This document shows positions 11,160 through 24,616 of a stretch of 64,000 bases of DNA, piece after piece. The stretch is from Takakia lepidozioides. Lineage: Eukaryota > Plantae > Bryophyta. A program made the position numbers and the translations under genes. The first letter of the stretch is position 1. Each line of letters begins with the position of its first letter. Under the pieces are notes generated by a model, which was not told the origin of the DNA, ran no database searches, and was given only the letters and a program-made list of their open reading frames with translations. The stretch spans positions 8,246,001 to 8,310,000 of the forward strand of contig CM060734.1 in assembly GCA_030704615.1 (NCBI GenBank), in the 5' to 3' direction.

Positions 11160-14040
11160 ATGGCTCAACGTATATGAATTTGGTTGGTTTTGAGACTTGG
11201 CCAGTATGTTCAATGTAAGAGGCCCCAGGGTAATATAAGATCAATCAAAATTTGTTCAATGGGCCAACGGATGGTTGCCCATCCAAATGATTTTCGTTCG
11301 CTTTGAGACTTGGCCAGTGTGTTCAATGTAACATCTGATAGGTCCCAGTGTAATATGAGATCAATTGAAACTCGTTCGATGGGCCAATGAGGCTTTCACT
11401 TGTCATCTAGTTTTTGTTCATTGCGAAAAAGAAATCCTGCAATGCGTGCACGGCTATTGCACCCATTGAACGGATGTGGTTGAAGCCCTTCTTTTGCCCG
11501 CATGTGCTTGAACATGTGTGCGACACATGTGCGGTTCTTCATAAAGAGTTTTGCAATAGTGAGCGAAGAGAACATTTTTTTTTGGGGACATTTTTTATTG
11601 GTCCAAATTTTGGCAGGGGAGTAGCGGTGGGATGCTTGAAGCCACAGAACAAAATTGAGCCAAAAAAAAATCGATACGTGCCAGAAACCCCCGATGAAAG
11701 GCAATGCAAACCTATTTATTGGCTTAAAATTAATTTAAATTCAATTAAATTCTAGAATGGCTTGAGGGGTGAGCGCGTCGATGGGGAGGCAAATGAAGTA
11801 GAACACAAATAAAAGTTTGGAGTGCAAAACAGGGAAGAAATTGTGGTTTTGGTCCAAATGAATTTTGTTCGCTCCCAAATTTGGCACGCATGTTGCATAT
11901 GGAGTCATTACACGCCCCATTCAGCCGATGTTGTGTCATGGAACGCGATGATCGCAGGATATGCAGGGGCGTGGGATGGAGGCTTTGCAGACGTATCCTT
12001 GAGCAAATGATGCATGAAGGAAAAGTGGAGGAGGAGAGGATACAAGGAGAAGCTCACAACATTCTTGCGAGCTCACCGTTCTTGGGAGAGTCAGCTTGGT
12101 CTTTTCGATTGATCTCATATTAGTTCGGGATCTGTGAAAGGGCGTCTCAAACGTACTGGCTAAGTTTGGAAGCAAACAAAAATGATTTGGATGGGCAACC
12201 ATCCATTCACCTGTTGAATGTATTCCGTTGGATCTGCTATTACTTTGGGACCTATTGGACTGCGTTTCGCGTGCTTATGATTTTTTTTTCAGTCCATTTT
12301 TTAATGGGGCGTATAATGGCTCCATATGCAAAACAATGGCTCAATTTTGTTCTGCGGCTTCAAGCATCCCACCGCTACTCCCCCGCCAAAATTTGGACCA
12401 ATAAAAAATGTCCAAAAAAAAAAGTGTTTTCTTCGCTCACTTTTGCAGAACTCTCTATGAAGAGTGCATGAAATATAACACAAACCAAGTTTGGGTGCAA
12501 AACAGGGAAGAGACTGTGGTTTTGGGTCCAAATGAATTTTATTCGCTCCCAAATTTGGCACGCACGTTGCATATGGAGTCATTACACGCCCCATTCAAAA
12601 ACAGAATGAAAAAAAAATCATGAGCACACGAAACGCAATCCAACAGGTCCCAAAGTAATAGCAGATCCAACGGAATACATTCAACGGGTGAACGGATGGT
12701 TGCCCATCCAAATCATTTTTGTTTGCTTCCAAACTTTGCCAGTATGTTCGAGACACCCTCTCACAGGTCCCGGACTAATATGAGATCAATCGAAATTCAT
12801 TCGATGGCTCAACGGATGGTTGGCCATCGAAATGATTTTGGTTCGCTTTGAGACTTGGCCACTATGTTCAATGTGCCATGTAAGAGGCCCCAGAGTAATA
12901 TGAGATCAATCGAAATTCGTTCAATGGGCCAACAGATGGTTGCCCATCCAAATGATTTTTTTTCGCTTTGAGACTTGGCCAGTGTGTTCAATGTACCATC
13001 TGATAGGTCCCAGTGTAATATGAGATCAATTGAAATTGGTTCGATGGGCCGATGAGGCGTTCACTTGTCATCTGGTTTTTGTTCTTTGCGAAAAAGAAAT
13101 CATGCAATGCGTGCACGACTATTGCACCCATTGAACGGATATGGTTGAAGCCCCTCTTTTGCCCGCATGTGCTTGAACATGTGTGTGACACATGTGCGGA
13201 GACACAACAGACGAATAAATCATTTGCCTCCCCATCGACGCGCTCACCCCTCAAGCCATTCAAGAATTTAATTGAATTTAAATTAATTTTAAGCGAATAA
13301 ATATGTTTGCACTCCCTTTCATCGGGGGTTTCTGGCACGCATCGATTTTGTTTTTGGCTCAATTTTGTTCTGCGGCTTCAAGCATCCTACCGCTACTCCC
13401 TCGCCAAAATTTAAACCAATAAAAAATGTCCCAAAAAAAAAGTATTCTCTTCGCTCACTATTGCAGAACTCTCTATGAAGAGTGCATGAAGTAGAACACA
13501 AATGAAGTTTGGAGTGCAAAACAGGAAGAAATTGTGGTTTTGGGTCCAAATGAATTTTGTTCGCTCCCAAATTTGGCACGTGCGTTGCATATGGAGTCAT
13601 TACACGCCCCATTCAAAAATAGAATGAACATGAGCACGTGAAACGCAGTCCAACAGGTCCCAAAGTAATAGCAGATCAAACTGAATACATTCAACGGGTG
13701 AACGGATGGTTGCCCATCCATTATTTTTGTTTGCTTCGAAACTTTGCCAGTACGTTTGAGACACCCTCTCACAGGTCCCGGACTAATATGAGATCAATCG
13801 AAATTCATTCGATGGCTCAACAGATGGTTTGCCATTGAAATGATTTTGGTTCGCTTTGAGACTTGGCCAGTATGTTCAATGTACCATGTAAGAGGCCCCA
13901 GAGTAATATGAGATCAATCAAAATTCGTTCAATGGGCCAACGGATGGTTGCCCATCCAAATGATTTTTGTTCGCTTTGAGACTTGGCCAGTGTGTTCAAT
14001 GTACCCTCTGATAGGTCCCAGTGTAATATGAGATCAATCG
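11160..14040. repeat. Complex direct/inverted repeat cluster (~120-bp units within a ~1-kb higher-order duplication)
   Basis: The unit gatgggccaacggatggttgcccatccaaatgatttt..gagacttggccagt recurs at ~11260, 12800, 12920, 13810 and 13930. 11535-11793 is inverted at 13222-13478; 12106-12330 is inverted at 12560-12792 and 13580-13800. Confidence 0.9.
11925..12022 (+). pseudogene. PPR (PLS-class) gene fragment
   Basis: DVVSWNAMIAGYA..G.GMEAL..Y.EQMMHEG with frameshifts. Confidence 0.75.
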
Positions 14041-14758
14041 AAATTATTTTGTGCTACGAGAACTTTGTGGGTATGTTCGTCATACATAGAAAGATCATAG
14101 ATTTTGCGAAATGATTATGAAATACGCAGGGACCAGACGAAATTTGTTTGGAAGACGACCGTTCGTAACTCGTTATAACTTATTGGTTAACATCAATTTT
14201 CCTTGTTCTCCAGCTTTCGGAGTTCATTGCAGATACCCACATACACGTTCTGACCAAATATGACACCATTGTAAATTTGTTTACAGGGTGAACCAGTTCT
14301 TCCCCATCACATGAGTGTAAATGTGAAGAAAACGCTACTCATGCAATTGAAATTGGCAGGTGCCGCACATGTGCATTGTGTATTAACAAAATTGGTGATA
14401 TACAAAATTGACGAAATGCTATCACTGTGTTTTCCAACAATATTCAAGGTACAACAAGAATGCACATTGTCTATATATTATGCTGCCAGTCATTAAAAGC
14501 CTAGTCGTCACTGTCCGAGGACAAGGAATGTGATGCTGTGGCCTGATTTGCACTGCTAATACGGAGAGCTTGCGACCGTGATCTCGTGGTCAATGAGGGG
14601 CCCAATGACATGTGATCAATTCTAGCCTGCATCCGCCTACTTTGCGGCGAAAGTTGACTTTCTTCTTCACTCTCACGACGTGGCGGAGGTGGATCGACAA
14701 CAAGTGCTCGGGCTACATGCAAATTGGCAACGAGGCCGTAATCCTTGCGTTCCTCATA

Positions 14759-15163
14759 CTAGCAGTTTGTCAATTCACTGGACGCAAGAGTATGACCTCC
14801 ACGTACAACATGGCTGCCAAGGTGTACGGGATTTGGCTCTTTAAGAGAGGTTGATCCCACAATGCAATGCACCTCATTCGCCCTATGCTGGAAATGCAAG
14901 TTCATGCAAGACCTGGACTCTGCGTAATTGTTTCGGGTTTGCACGTCATGCCTATCTAAAGGCCACAATCGATTGATGTGGTACCACTTCACGAATTTTT
15001 TGCATCTCGTCATCGGCCACCTGCCCTCTTCTGCTAGTATGCTAGGCTCACCATATACTTCCCAATTTAAGTCTTGCCTTGACCCTTTGATTTTCTTAGG
15101 GGGCGGTCCATGTTCATTGGGGTCATCTCTTCCATGACGCTCATCGTCCTGACCCTCTGCCAT
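14759..15163 (-). CDS. Unknown ORF, probably TE-borne, with an NLS-like PPPKKIK
   Basis: ATG-initiated 134-aa ORF with protein-like composition next to the hAT repeat arm; no family recognised. Confidence 0.3.
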   Translation of the reverse strand: MAEGQDDERHGRDDPNEHGPPPKKIKGSRQDLNWEVYGEPSILAEEGRWPMTRCKKFVKWYHINRLWPLDRHDVQTRNNYAESRSCMNLHFQHRANEVHCIVGSTSLKEPNPVHLGSHVVRGGHTLASSELTNC

Positions 15164-15429
15164 TTTGCAACAATCGGAGCAACACTAAACGAGGTTTACT
15201 AATAAGACGTAACTCTAAACCCTTCACCCTAAACGAGTTTGAGTATAGTTCCTAAAAGCTAATTTTGTAGAATAAAATGATCTTGAAAGCCAGAGGATGG
15301 CATATGGGAGTATTCTGCAACAATATCACAGAAATCGCGGCAAAAAATACCCCCCACCCAACCAATGGCCTCCTTCTCCACGTGATTACGTGTCGTGGAA
15401 TAATGAAATGCCACGCACACAGAAGTTGT

Positions 15430-16600
15430 GTGGAGAGGAAGTAAGGGGAGAATGAGCCTCCCTTGGCTTATATGCACCCCCCCCCCCCCCCCTTTCTCAG
15501 GCCACGCGCAGGACAAACCTTCTAGAAGCGACCACCCACTTGGCGGTCGCTCCATTTTCCGAAAATAAAATAAATAAGCGACCACCAGCATTCGCGGTCG
15601 CTACATTTACAGTGACATTAAGAATTAAAGCGACTGCCAGTAATGGCGGTCGCTTCATTTCGAAAGAAATTGAAATAAAATCGTCATTTATAAAACTAAA
15701 ATAATTTACAGCGACCGCCAATAATGGCGGTCGCTCCATTTTCAAAACAATTAAAATAAAAACAACCACTAGTAATGGCGGTCGCTCCATTTCCAACAAA
15801 ATTAAAAAAAAACGACCGCCACTAATGGCGGTCGCTTCATTTCCAAAATAATTAAAATAAAAACGACCGCCAGTAATGGCCGTCGCTGTATGTACAAAAA
15901 ATGTATTCCCCCCCCCCCCGCCTCATTCCTCGCTCCACGCGCAGGGCAGACCTCGTAGAAGCGACCGGCACCTTCGCGGTCGCTCCATTTAAAAAATAAA
16001 TAAAAAATGATCGTCACTAATGGCGGTCGCTCCATTTCGAAAATAAAAAAAATAAAAGCGACCGCTAGTAATGGCGGTCGCTGCATTTTCTAAAAAAAAA
16101 AAACTTCAAGCGACCGCCAAGTAATGGAAGTGAGGGGAGAATGACTCAGAGCTTATATGCCCCCCGCCCCCCCCTCATTCTTCGCTCTACGCGCAGGGCA
16201 GACCTCGTAGAAGCGACCGCCACATTGGCGGTCGTTCCATTTAAAAAACAAAAAAAAACGACCGCCACAAATGACAGTTGGTCCATTTCGCAAAAAAAAA
16301 AAAAAAAACGACCGCCAGTAATGGCGGTCACTGCATTTACAAAAAAAAAAAAACTTCAAGCGACCGCCAGTAATGGAAGTGAGGGGAGAATGATGGCGGT
16401 CGCTCCATTTAAAAAACCCAAGAAAATGACTGCAAAATATGGCGGTTGATCCATTTTCCAAAATTAAAAAAAAAACGACCGCCAGTAATGGCGGTCGCTG
16501 AATTTACAAAAAAATAAAAAACGACCGCTATTACATCGCGTTCGTTGCATTTTCAAAGAATAAAAAATAAATGCGACCGCCAGTGATGCCAGTCGCTGCA
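15430..16600. repeat. Left array of GCGACCGCC-N5/6-GGCGGTCGC hairpins with A-rich spacers
   Basis: Roughly 18 palindromic units at ~50-60 bp spacing. A higher-order unit (poly-C...cgcgcagg..tagaagcgacc) recurs at ~15477, 15907 and 16160. Confidence 0.9.
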
Positions 16601-17545
16601 TTAAAATAAAATGAATGCAGAGTTGGAAGCATTGGCACAATTGTTCTTCATTCGACAAGCAAATCACCGAAAACAAACATAAGCAAGTGATGGTGTCTTT
16701 GGCCGACATTTTGGCCGATATACACATGGGCAACATCTTTTATTTCCCAACACATACACAACAGCAATACAAATACTCATAGTGACAATGATCACACTAA
16801 TATTACTTCACTACAGAAATGTAAACATGTCCACTAAAATGTGCTGATGCATGCCTAGAGCTGTTTTGCTTCAATTCCTTCTCCTGCTTCGACGGCAGAA
16901 CGAAGAAGATCCTAATCCTGATGCTCCGATGGGCTGAAAATCCGAGTCACCCTCGACTTCACCACCATTGCCATGATCAGTGCTGGAATCGTCCTCCCTA
17001 TCCGACCTCAAATGTTCAGGCCTTGAATCTGCAAGCGACCTCGAACCACATTTAGTTCTATCTGAGGTCGACTCCCACTCCGGTCTTGATTACCATCCAC
17101 GGTATCTGGCCTGTTTGTGGGCCGATCGCCTACAAAAGGTTGGACTGTTCTCTGTCATTTATGGACTTGGGACGCAATCGAAGGTGGTCTCGAAGGAGGT
17201 ACCGGAGGGGGGTCTGCCCGAGATGGACCGGCATTAGATGGTCCGACATGTGAGGAACCACGGGTCTGCTGCGCAACACGACGGTTAAGGTGGAATTGTA
17301 GTGACAGGTTGTCTTCATCCGAGGCTTCAACTTCCACCCGGTCCAATGCAGCAGAATGATGCATGCGTGTGGAAAACAGATCAACCCTGTTGCTTCTTAA
17401 TGTCCGTTGTGTTGATGAGGAGTTGGATCGGTTTTGGCATTGTGGTGGAGCTGGTCGTATCGGTGAGGCATGTTCCCGTCCCGTCAACTATACAATGGGT
17501 TCGACACCATCGTTTATATGAACAGGGTGCGTACGTCGCTCGGTC

Positions 17546-19850
17546 CTAGAAGTTCATCACCCTTAAGCTCCATTGGGGCACTACCGGTGGCTTCAGCGTG
17601 TAGTGGGGGGCGAGGGTCGACCCCAACTTCATTCTGAGGACCATGTTCTGGGGATGACACAATTGCAACTTCACCTTCATCTGCGACACGTACTTCCTCA
17701 AGAAGGTCATCAAAGGTCGGCTGGATATAAGCATCCTGCTCTGTGAACGTAAATGGGTCATACGCATTTTTGGGAGCATCATCGGATCCATCTTCACTAT
17801 CAGAGGCAGATGATTTCCTCTGAGATGATCTTCCCTCTGAAACTCAGTATCATCACTCATCGAATCTACCTCAGAAGCAGAGTCTTCGGAATGCAAATTC
17901 CTCTCATACCATGCTGCATCATCATCCGCTGCCCTCTCACGGAGCAGTCGGCAATTGGTATACACATACACCAATTTGTCAGCCATCGCGGGATTCAACC
18001 TGTTGCGAATCTTGTTGTGAACAAATGAGTAACTGCTCCAATTGCGTTCGCAAGATGAGGCAGAGCACACTTGAGCAAGAATACGCTTCGCAATGGGAGC
18101 CAATGTTCTTGCTCCAGCTCCAATCAGATCCCACCATTCATGTGACAACATATTGAGCTCTTTTGGATCCGGCATGCCCTCAAAAGAGTCGCGGCGATCT
18201 GAGAAGCATTGGTACTCGGATATAGCTATCTCTGCAATGTTCGGCGGAGTCAGTCACATGAGCACTCGCATGAGGCCGGCCTTGGCATCAGCGTCGTCTC
18301 GGAGCATGGTATTATCGAGCAAAAATGGATTGAGCAAAACACCCGCATAATTAAGTCTGTTCGATCCATCGAACGACGGTCATAAAATGCATCCGAAGCA
18401 CTGTCCGCAAGTTCAGGTTCCAAGGAGAATGGAGGATGCTTCAAAGATTGGACGTGCTTATCAAGATTTTGCATTAGTAACCATGCCTTGCCCATTACTG
18501 ATTGCTTTCCATCAAACTCCCGCAAGACGATTAACACCGGCTCTACCATATAAACAAAATTTTCACATTTCTTCTAGAAATCATCGCTCCGAATGCTATT
18601 CCGAACTTTTCGACTTTTGCCCAATGACTTGGCTTATCTGGAGTCCCGCAATGTCCGTGTGTACGCATCCCATTGAGGATCGATGATGGTGTGCTCTAGA
18701 CTGCTCTTCACCGTCACCAACCGATCCACCATCAAGAAGTTAGTGACAAAACAAGTTTCGTCTGGATTTCCTATATATTGCCAAAGGGACAGTGTGCGGA
18801 TGAATGACACAACGGTCTTTGCTCGCTTGACAAGTTGTTTCACCCACTGTTCTTTTCCCCAATCTACCAAAAGGAGGTCAAAGAGCAGCACAACCTTGAT
18901 AGTACATATGAGGATAACGTGCCAACAACATGTCTGCAGTGTTTCTCATGTTAGCGGCATTGTCTGTGCATATTTGCACGATTCTATCACGTCCGACCTG
19001 TTCGATGAAGTCCGTCAATAGTTGACATTGATAATGTCCATCTTTCTTCTTGCCGCTAGTGTCGACCGATCTCAAGAATTGTTCCCCAGCTGGACATACA
19101 AACATGACATTGAACAATGGTCTGTTTGTAACAGAACTCCAACCATCGGCACATATAGTGCTTCCACATTTTCTGATGCACTCGCCCGTCCTATCGTTGA
19201 CCTTTTGGGTAAGCTCGGTCATGACGTCTTCTAGCAATCATGTGCGGAGATTATGATAAGTCGGAGGCACGTACGTGGATCTGGACTCCGAGGTTGTTCT
19301 AACGGCAGAAACAAATGTTGGAAGCCTTGCCATATTAAATGATATGTTGGTCTCGAAGAAAAACAACGCCTATTTTTTTATCCAACTGCCTTTTTACAGA
19401 CAAGTTAAGACCTTCTTGCATGGATTGCTGCCGTAATCCTCTACTCCGTTGAAGTGTAGGGGTACAAAGATGTGTTGAAGCAGGTGTTGCTCCGGCTCAA
19501 CCCACTTGTCCAAGGACACCTGAAGCCTCACAAAAGTCGCCTTAGGTACTAATCGGGGCATCCTGACGGGAAGATGAAATGTTCTGCTCAGAGGTCATGT
19601 CCAGATCCAGAGACATTGGAATATTGCCTCCACACTGGGCAAAGTGGTTTTTTACCCGCATAGATGTTTTATGGCATAAACCCACCCCAGCGCTTTTCAC
19701 ACCTCTATAGCCGATGTGAGCGAACAACCGATCCTTACGATAAGAAAGCTTTAATCCACATAGGTTGCACTCAATACAACCAGTGATACTGATAGTGTTC
19801 GAGATTGCCGTATACCAAGGGCTCCAATCCTCCCTCATCTTCACCCAATA
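17546..19850 (-). mobile_element. hAT transposase pseudogene (BED finger, DUF659 core, C-terminal dimerisation domain)
   Basis: CNLC...RLFAH (BED finger); TICADGWSSVTNRPLFN, QICTDNAANM and CAA (DUF659); WWDLIG..LAPIAKRILAQVCSASSCERNWS (hAT C-terminus). Several frameshifts and stops. Confidence 0.92.
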
Positions 19851-20269
19851 TCCACTCCCCTGGGCCCTAGCGATGTAAGCAACAAAAAAACAGTCACCTA
19901 TAAATGAACGTGTTGTGAATGTAGAGTGCAATGCGATAGCCCAACACTTCTACACCTGTCAGCAACCCAAGTGGGTCGATGCGGGTTGTTTTGAGCTTAT
20001 ACACAATCTGCTGAAGTGGCTTTGGTGGAAGCCATAACGACAAAATGTGCGCACCCTCTTCTTGGGCTACACTCACGTTCAATAGAAGAGAACATCCAAA
20101 GCAACCTCAAGTGTTTGCGCCAAAAGAAGTGAGGAGCTTGGTGACCCTGCTCCCTTATATATGATCCAGGAAGGATGAAAGTTAAATGAAAGTGAAATGA
20201 ATAAAGGACGAACCAATAGCGCCCACCCGAAAAAGGCGGTACAACCATATTTGTTATAATTTTGAAATT

Positions 20270-20950
20270 AAGCGACCGCTAATACTGCGGTCGTTATTTT
20301 AATTTTTATGAAAAACAAGCGACCGCCACTATTGCGGTCGCTTTTATTTCTTTTCATTTTGTGAAATATTGCGGTCACTTCTATTTTGTATATTTTTAGA
20401 TTTAAGCGACCGCCCGTATGGCGGTCACTATTGTTTTTTATTTCAAAATATAATGCGACTGTCGGTATGGCGGTCGCTTCATTTGTTTATATATTTAAAA
20501 TAAAGCGACCGCCAATATGGTGGTCGCTTTTATTCTTAATATTTTCTTAAAAACGCGACCGCCAGTAAGGCGGTCGCTTTTAATCTTTATATTTTCAAGT
20601 TTAAGCGACCTCCAGGCTGGCGGTCACTTTTACTTTATATATTATTAAATTAAAGCAACCGCCTGTTTGGTGGTCGCAAATATTATATTAATTTAAAATA
20701 AGCGACCACCGGTGTGGCGGGTCGCTTTTATTTTCATATGTCGCTTGTTTTTTTTATATAATTTTAAATTTACCGACCGCCATATGACGGTCGTTTGTTT
20801 TTCTATATATTTTTGAAATCAAGCGACCGCCAAATGGCGGTCGCTTGTTTTTTTTTAATATTTTTGAAATTATCCGATCGCCATATGGCGGTCGCTTGTT
20901 CTGTATATATTTGCAAAATTGTGCGACCGCCAATACGACAGGCGGTCGCG
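20270..20950. repeat. Right array of GCGACCGCC..GGCGGTCGC hairpins with T-rich spacers
   Basis: About 13 units with the same core as the left array and mirror-image spacer composition. Confidence 0.9.
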
Positions 20951-21579
20951 TTCATTTTGTTGATTTTCAAAATGTATTTGCCACCGCCACCGTGTCGGCG
21001 ACGTGGCTGCTTAAGTAGCAGTATTTTACCTGGTACTATTTTTATCAGAATATTCCCCGAACTTGACGTGACGGAGGTCCCGTCAACGTCAGGTCTGACA
21101 TGACCTGACGCTGACGAACGGACGTGACGTTGATAAGCAGGAGTCCCACCATGTCAGGCCCTCAACAGATCGAACGACTTCAAGGCAGTAGTTGTCTTCT
21201 CGAGATTGCTGACAGGCTCCTGGTGCACAGGTGCCCCGGTTGCTCGACCCCTCAGCTGTTCCTACTCCCAAGAAACCACCCACCAAATAAAAGCTTTCAG
21301 CTCCCTTACAAGGTAAGAGGTGACAGTGCCTCAAGCTGTGTATGCCCCATGCTTTATCCTAAGCATCACAAGCTGACCCTTTATCACTCTGTGGAGCGTC
21401 TTAGACTATATGCGTTCGCGCCGACGCTGTTCAACCTTGCTGCGGATTACATCAACACGGACCTCCCTGGACAGGCTTTGCTACTCTCTCTCCAAAGGTA
21501 CATGTATAATTTTCAACATAGGTATAAATCTCACCCCCCCTTTCTGGAGACACCTCCCCCCATCTGTATCTTGTTTATC

Positions 21580-21940
21580 AAGATGATTGCAGGATGTGGT
21601 CTGCATGGTCATAGTCATGGTGCTTTCGAACTCTTTTGGCAAATACAAAGAGAAGGCATAAAGGCAGATAAGGTCATTTTTATTAGTATCCTCGGCGCAT
21701 GTGCCAGCCCAGCAGTTCTGGAATATTATAAATGGAGCAATTCGGACACCATCAAAGTTGGAATATTTGAGTCAGATTTTGCTGTGGAGAACACCCTTGT
21801 CCACATGTACTGGAAATGTGGGAGTGTGGCCGAAGCTCGACTAGTGTTTGACAGAATGCCTGAGCGAAACATTTTCTCCTGGAACGCCATAATTGCAAGG
21901 ATTTCTCAGCAAGGGCATGGTGCAGAGGCACTTGAACTAT
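21580..21940 (+). pseudogene. PPR (PLS-class) gene fragment
   Basis: MIAGCGLHGHSHGAFELF.QIQREGIKADKVIFISILGACASPAVLE...NTLVHMYWKCGSVAEARLVFDRMPERNIFSWNAII. Confidence 0.88.
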
Positions 21941-21944
21941 CAGA

Positions 21945-22076
21945 TATACTTCAGCTGGCTGCAACCACACCCCAACGAAGCATCTTCTATGGAGGGAGCA
22001 TTCATCCCTGCTTTGAGATGACCCCTGGTTTCTCACAAATGAGCATCAAATTGGTGGGCGTCTCTATTGAAACTGA
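21945..22076 (+). pseudogene. DUF2921-family gene fragment fused in frame to the PPR fragment
   Basis: LQLAATTPQRSIFYGGSIHPCFEMTPGFSQMSIKLVGVSIET is clearly homologous to 54860-54983. Confidence 0.6.
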
Positions 22077-22784
22077 GTTTAATTGGCAAGAGCTTTGTCA
22101 TATCATAGGAATAATCTCCCTCTAGAAAATATTATGGACTTGGAAGGAAATTCATCATGCAATCCCGTTATGCAATGTTATTTAAAATATCCGGCTTTCG
22201 AGTTCATCTATAGGAAAGAGGGGCAAACCACGCGCAATTCAATCTGAAAAAAAAATTTCCAAAAAAATCAATCAGAGGATGAGTTGCAGTTTTTGCGAAA
22301 ATGAAATCCACATTGTGCAAATGCGGCGCCGCATTTGCACGCTGAGGCCCGAGTAATGGTCGTTAGTGGGCCTAAAACCGCAAGATCTGCACCTATTACC
22401 GCGGAATGCGGTACCTTATTTCCAGGACCTTGATCCAATCACCCCACATCTGAGTGATTTTTCTATGAGCGCAAATATATATTCATGTTGCGCACCTCAC
22501 TTCGGTAAACTCCCCTTCAAGTCGTATTTACTTGCTTTGATGTGCTCTCCTAACTTCCAAATTGGCCGCTGGGCCAATTCGGAGCTTTGGCTGCTCACCG
22601 GGACATAACTGTCCGTCTTGCTCCTCCACTAGACCCTTGAACTATGGGGCCCAATGGAAATTCCCTTCAATTGTTATAGGCAGTCCGGAATAGCTCCCCA
22701 CACTTTGGTCGCTCTCCGGCTCGCTCGCTTGTTCTCTAGCTTTTGGTCACTTAACGGGTTTGCACTGTTCTTGGGGGTTACTAC

Positions 22785-24290
22785 TCCCTGTCAAACACAT
22801 GGTGTCTCCAACAACTTTGTTAATGAGCTAATTTCATTATTACACAAAGAACTCTTGCCTATTGGAAATTGTTTGCCCAAATCCCACTATGAGGCAAAAC
22901 AACTCATAATGGAGTTGGGGCTTACTTATGACAGTATAGATGCATGTCCGAAGGGTTGTGTGTTATTCAGGGGAAAAGAATTGGAGAAATTGGAGGCGTG
23001 CCCAAATTGCCAGTCCAATCGGTATCGAGTGGGGACAAAGACACGGGTTCCATGTAAGGTTCTTCGTCACTTCCCTGTCATTCCAAGGCTTCTACGTATA
23101 TACAAAGTAAAATCAATTGCAGAGTTGATGACCTAGCACTCTACGAACCGAAGTGAGAATGGGTTGGTGAGGCACCCAACAAACAGTAGAGCTTGGGCAC
23201 ACATTGACCAGACTTGGCCGGATTTTGTGGCGGAACCCAGAAGTATTCGATTGGGTCTTGCTCTGGATCTGGATGGAGTAAATCCATTTAGTGACACATC
23301 AACCAAATGGTCGACATGGCCTGTCCTTATCATCAATTACAATCTACCCCCGTGGTAATGCACCAAGGTTTTTTTTACAATGCTAACTCTCTTAATACCC
23401 AGGTCAGATTCAACTACGAACGCCAACGTAGACGTGTATCTGCAACCCTTGGTGGATGAATTAAAGTTGTTGTGGGAGGTGGGTGTTCAAGCAGTAGATG
23501 GATCGAAGCAGGTGGGAGAACAAACATTCTTCATGAGAGCCATTCTAATGTGGTCAATACATGACTTTCTAGCGTATGGGTTGTTGGCGGGGTGCAAACA
23601 TGGTGGATACAAGGCATGCCCAACTTGTGGCCCAACTGTTGATTCTAGGTACTCCAAGGCCTGTTCTAAAATGTTGTATTTGGGTCGTAGAAGGTATTTG
23701 CCTGCGGATCATCCGTTCAGATTTGATACTACATATTTCAATGGGGCTACAGAACATAGACCAGCCCCTATAATTGTGACTGCAAGGGAGCAATTTGATC
23801 GTGGCACAGATACTGCATTGTACATTGCAAGGGGCGGAGCACCTAATGGGCAATTCTTCCAAGAAACATGGGATGAAGCGTGCCACAGTGTTGAATCAAT
23901 TGCCCTACTGGAAAGAACTTCTGATCCGATACACATTGGATCCTATGCACTGTGAAATTTTTTTGTGTGAAAATGTGTTACAAACTATTTTTGGAGACAG
24001 ACGCAGCTACGTCAAGGAAAGATATGGAATTATGTGGTATTCGTCCACATATGTGGCTGAAACCTCATCCCACAGCAGCAAACAAGCTCGTAAAACCGCT
24101 GGCCCCATATGTGCTCACTGAAAATGACAGGAGCATCTTTTTGGAAATAATATCTACCCTAAGAGTGCCACTGGTTATGCTGGTGCGTTCTCCAAGCATG
24201 TGGCAAAGGGCAAGTTGTCTACCATGAAATCTCATGACTACCATGTCATGATGCAGCGAATTCTACCATTGGGCATTCGTGGGCTACCGT
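22785..24290 (+). mobile_element. CACTA/EnSpm TnpD (Transposase_21) pseudogene
   Basis: LPKSHYEAK, IDACPKGCVLF, KVLRHFPVIPRL, LGLALDLDGVNPF, STWPV..NYNLPPW, DVYLQPLVDEL, WSIHDF.AYG, LDPMHCE and MKSHDYHV. Contains stops and frameshifts. Confidence 0.93.
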
Positions 24291-24562
24291 TACTATAGTC
24301 CTCATTGAAGTAGTTGGTTAATTCATTTGTTAGCAGATATGCATCATCCATGCATTTGCATTTGCCCTTTTGCTGGTTACTAACATATTCCTTTAGGAAT
24401 GGCAAACGAAACTCACAAACAGGAATCTCTCCTCCGTTACATACCTGCATTGTGGTTCGGTGTTAGTAAACGCAAAGGAGGCTCGTTACGACGTTACTAA
24501 GCAAAGGTGGAACTAGTTAGTGGGAGTAGTATGTACTTTTACTAGTAGGCTAGTAAGTAGGT

Positions 24563-24616
24563 AAAAAGATAAAGATAAAGTTTCTTTAACGTCCAGTGAA
24601 TTTACAGAGCCTACTG
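24563..24616 (-). mobile_element. 5'-truncated SINE/LINE 3' tail
   Basis: Reverse complement of 37693-37747 (cagtaggctctgtaaattcactggacgttaaagaaactttatc...). Confidence 0.7.

Noticed and set aside
11396-13999. Many overlapping ORFs in the repeat cluster
   Set aside because: They are translations of non-coding repeats with no domain signal.
15430-20950. Palindrome-spacer arrays resembling CRISPR
   Set aside because: Spacers are low-complexity A/T runs, repeats are degenerate, there are no cas genes, the context is eukaryotic, and the arrays flank a hAT transposase.
22130-22760. Possible piggyBac right terminus (…CTTAACGGG|TT)
   Set aside because: The TTAA site is incomplete and there is no partner end or linked transposase.
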